A stretch of DNA of 30,011 bases. Origin: Candidatus Omnitrophota bacterium. Lineage in GTDB: Bacteria; Ratteibacteria; UBA8468; MWAK01. A program made the translations under genes and the position numbers. The stretch lies in the NCBI GenBank assembly GCA_043797665.1, contig JAZDPL010000052.1, forward strand, positions 1-30,011. Direction: 5' to 3'. The first letter of the stretch is position 1, and each line of letters opens with the position of its first letter. Positions 29,030 through 30,011 of this stretch are shown piece after piece. The notes beneath the pieces were generated by a model. That model saw nothing but the letters and a program-made list of their open reading frames with translations, ran no database searches and was not told where the DNA came from.

Positions 29030-29144
29030 GTAGCGGTCGCATTTATGCGACCTTTCCTGTCATTCCCGCGTACTTCCTTTCTGTCATTCCGGCGGACTGT
29101 GTCCGCCGAAGCTTTAGCGTAGGCGGATAGTAAGCCGGAATCCA
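29030..29144 (+). repeat. mosaic REP cluster (GTAG unit, tandem TGTCA units, nested CCGCC..GGCGG hairpin)
   Basis: GTAGCGGTCGCATTTATGCGACC (29030-29052); TGTCATTCC at 29058 and 29082; TCCGCCGAAGCTTTAGCGTAGGCGGA nested before TAGTAAGCCGGAATCCA. Confidence 0.85.
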
Positions 29145-29146
29145 GT

Positions 29147-29938
29147 TTATATTAGTTGTGCAATTTTTATTTCCAGGCCCAGGGATTTCAGCGGTTCAAT
29201 CTCCTTTTTGGGAATTTTAGAATCGGTAATCAATCTTTTGATTTTATGGATGTCTTTTATCCTGCCGTAAGATATAAGTGCGTCCTGCCCGATTTTTGAA
29301 TGGTCTGCCAGAATGTTGATAACCCGGGATTTCGCCATAACCGCTTCTTCAATGCGCGCACTCGTTAAATCGGTTGTGGTTAAACCAGACGGTCCGGAGA
29401 TACCGTCTACGCCCAAAAACGCCTGGTTAAATGAAAGCCGGTCCAACTCTTCCAGAGAAAAAGGGCCAAAAAAGTCAAAAAGTTCCCGGCGCAAAAATCC
29501 TCCCAGGAGTAAGACCTTAATTCTATTAGCGGTTATAAGTTCGTACACAACCGCCAGGGAATTGGTAACGACCGTAATCCGAAGATTTTTCTTTTTTAAA
29601 ATCCGGCCGAGTTCCAGGATAGTGGTTCCGGTATCAAGGAAGATGGTTTCGTCTTCGTTGATGAAACCTGCCGCTGTTTGCGCAATGATTCTTTTTTCGG
29701 CGAGGTTACGTTGCGTCTTTTTGGTAAAGAAGAATTCCGGAGCGATTTCCGGTTCACGTTTGACCGCTCCACCGTATGCGCGGATAAGAAACCTCTCTCT
29801 TTCCATCTCCTTAAGGTAACGGCGCACCGTAACCTGGGAGACGCCGAGTCTTTTTGCCAGTTCTAACACTGAAACTTCACCGCGGCTGTTGATAACCGAC
29901 CTTATCAGTCCTTTGCGTTTGATACTTGTAATTCCCAT
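29147..29938 (-). CDS. DeoR/GlpR family transcriptional regulator
   Basis: ELAKRLGVSQVTVRRYL HTH, RAYGGA, FLDTGTT, VVTNSL and LADHSKIG. ATG 29938 preferred over TTG 29947. Confidence 0.93.
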   Translation of the reverse strand: MGITSIKRKGLIRSVINSRGEVSVLELAKRLGVSQVTVRRYLKEMERERFLIRAYGGAVKREPEIAPEFFFTKKTQRNLAEKRIIAQTAAGFINEDETIFLDTGTTILELGRILKKKNLRITVVTNSLAVVYELITANRIKVLLLGGFLRRELFDFFGPFSLEELDRLSFNQAFLGVDGISGPSGLTTTDLTSARIEEAVMAKSRVINILADHSKIGQDALISYGRIKDIHKIKRLITDSKIPKKEIEPLKSLGLEIKIAQLI

Positions 29939-30006
29939 ACTTGACAAATATTGTATTATATGTTAACATTTTTGTCAAGTTTGGTTTCGTTATCTTTCAA
30001 AACGAA
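29939..30006. promoter_or_regulatory. overlapping divergent sigma70 promoters and a candidate operator
   Basis: Minus strand: TTGACA-N17-TACAAT. Plus strand: TTGACA(29941)-N17-TAACAT. Inverted repeat ACTTGACAAA/TTTGTCAAGT; TTCGTT-N9-AACGAA at 29986-30006. Confidence 0.7.
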
Positions 30007-30011
30007 CATAA

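Overview
Bacterial chromosomal window using genetic code 11. It comes from a diderm (kdsA/kdsD, an OstA/LptA-like gene). The coaE-rho adjacency and a TMTC-like TPR glycosyltransferase suggest a PVC/Omnitrophota-like lineage (inference). 1-3.9 kb holds small accessory modules: a DUF5661-like gene, yjbQ, a Fic-HTH gene, a frameshifted FNR-like reductase and ferritin. 3.9-12.8 kb (minus strand) holds phoU-pstB-pstB-pstA-pstC-pstS, the TMTC-like TPR protein and typA. 12.9-26.2 kb (plus strand) is a long housekeeping run: nusA, a short infB, HIT, kdsA, kdsD, OstA-like, SpoIID-like, hpf, ptsN, ptsI, PGI/PMI, metK, coaE, rho. 26.2-30 kb (minus strand) is a DeoR / FGGY kinase / class III PLP enzyme unit. 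Four observations stand out. (1) The two PstB paralogues carry complementary motif degenerations, predicting an asymmetric heterodimeric ATPase with one dead site. (2) A ~20-bp direct repeat (TAATTGCGACTGGGTGGTGGGG) sits at the junctions between accessory modules, like an att-site cassette array. (3) A homologous promoter/leader is shared by three unrelated genes. (4) GTAG- and TGTCA-type palindromic repeats are nested, supply a stop codon and are inserted in frame into coaE and the FGGY kinase. No rRNA, tRNA, CRISPR array, transposase or integrase was recognised.
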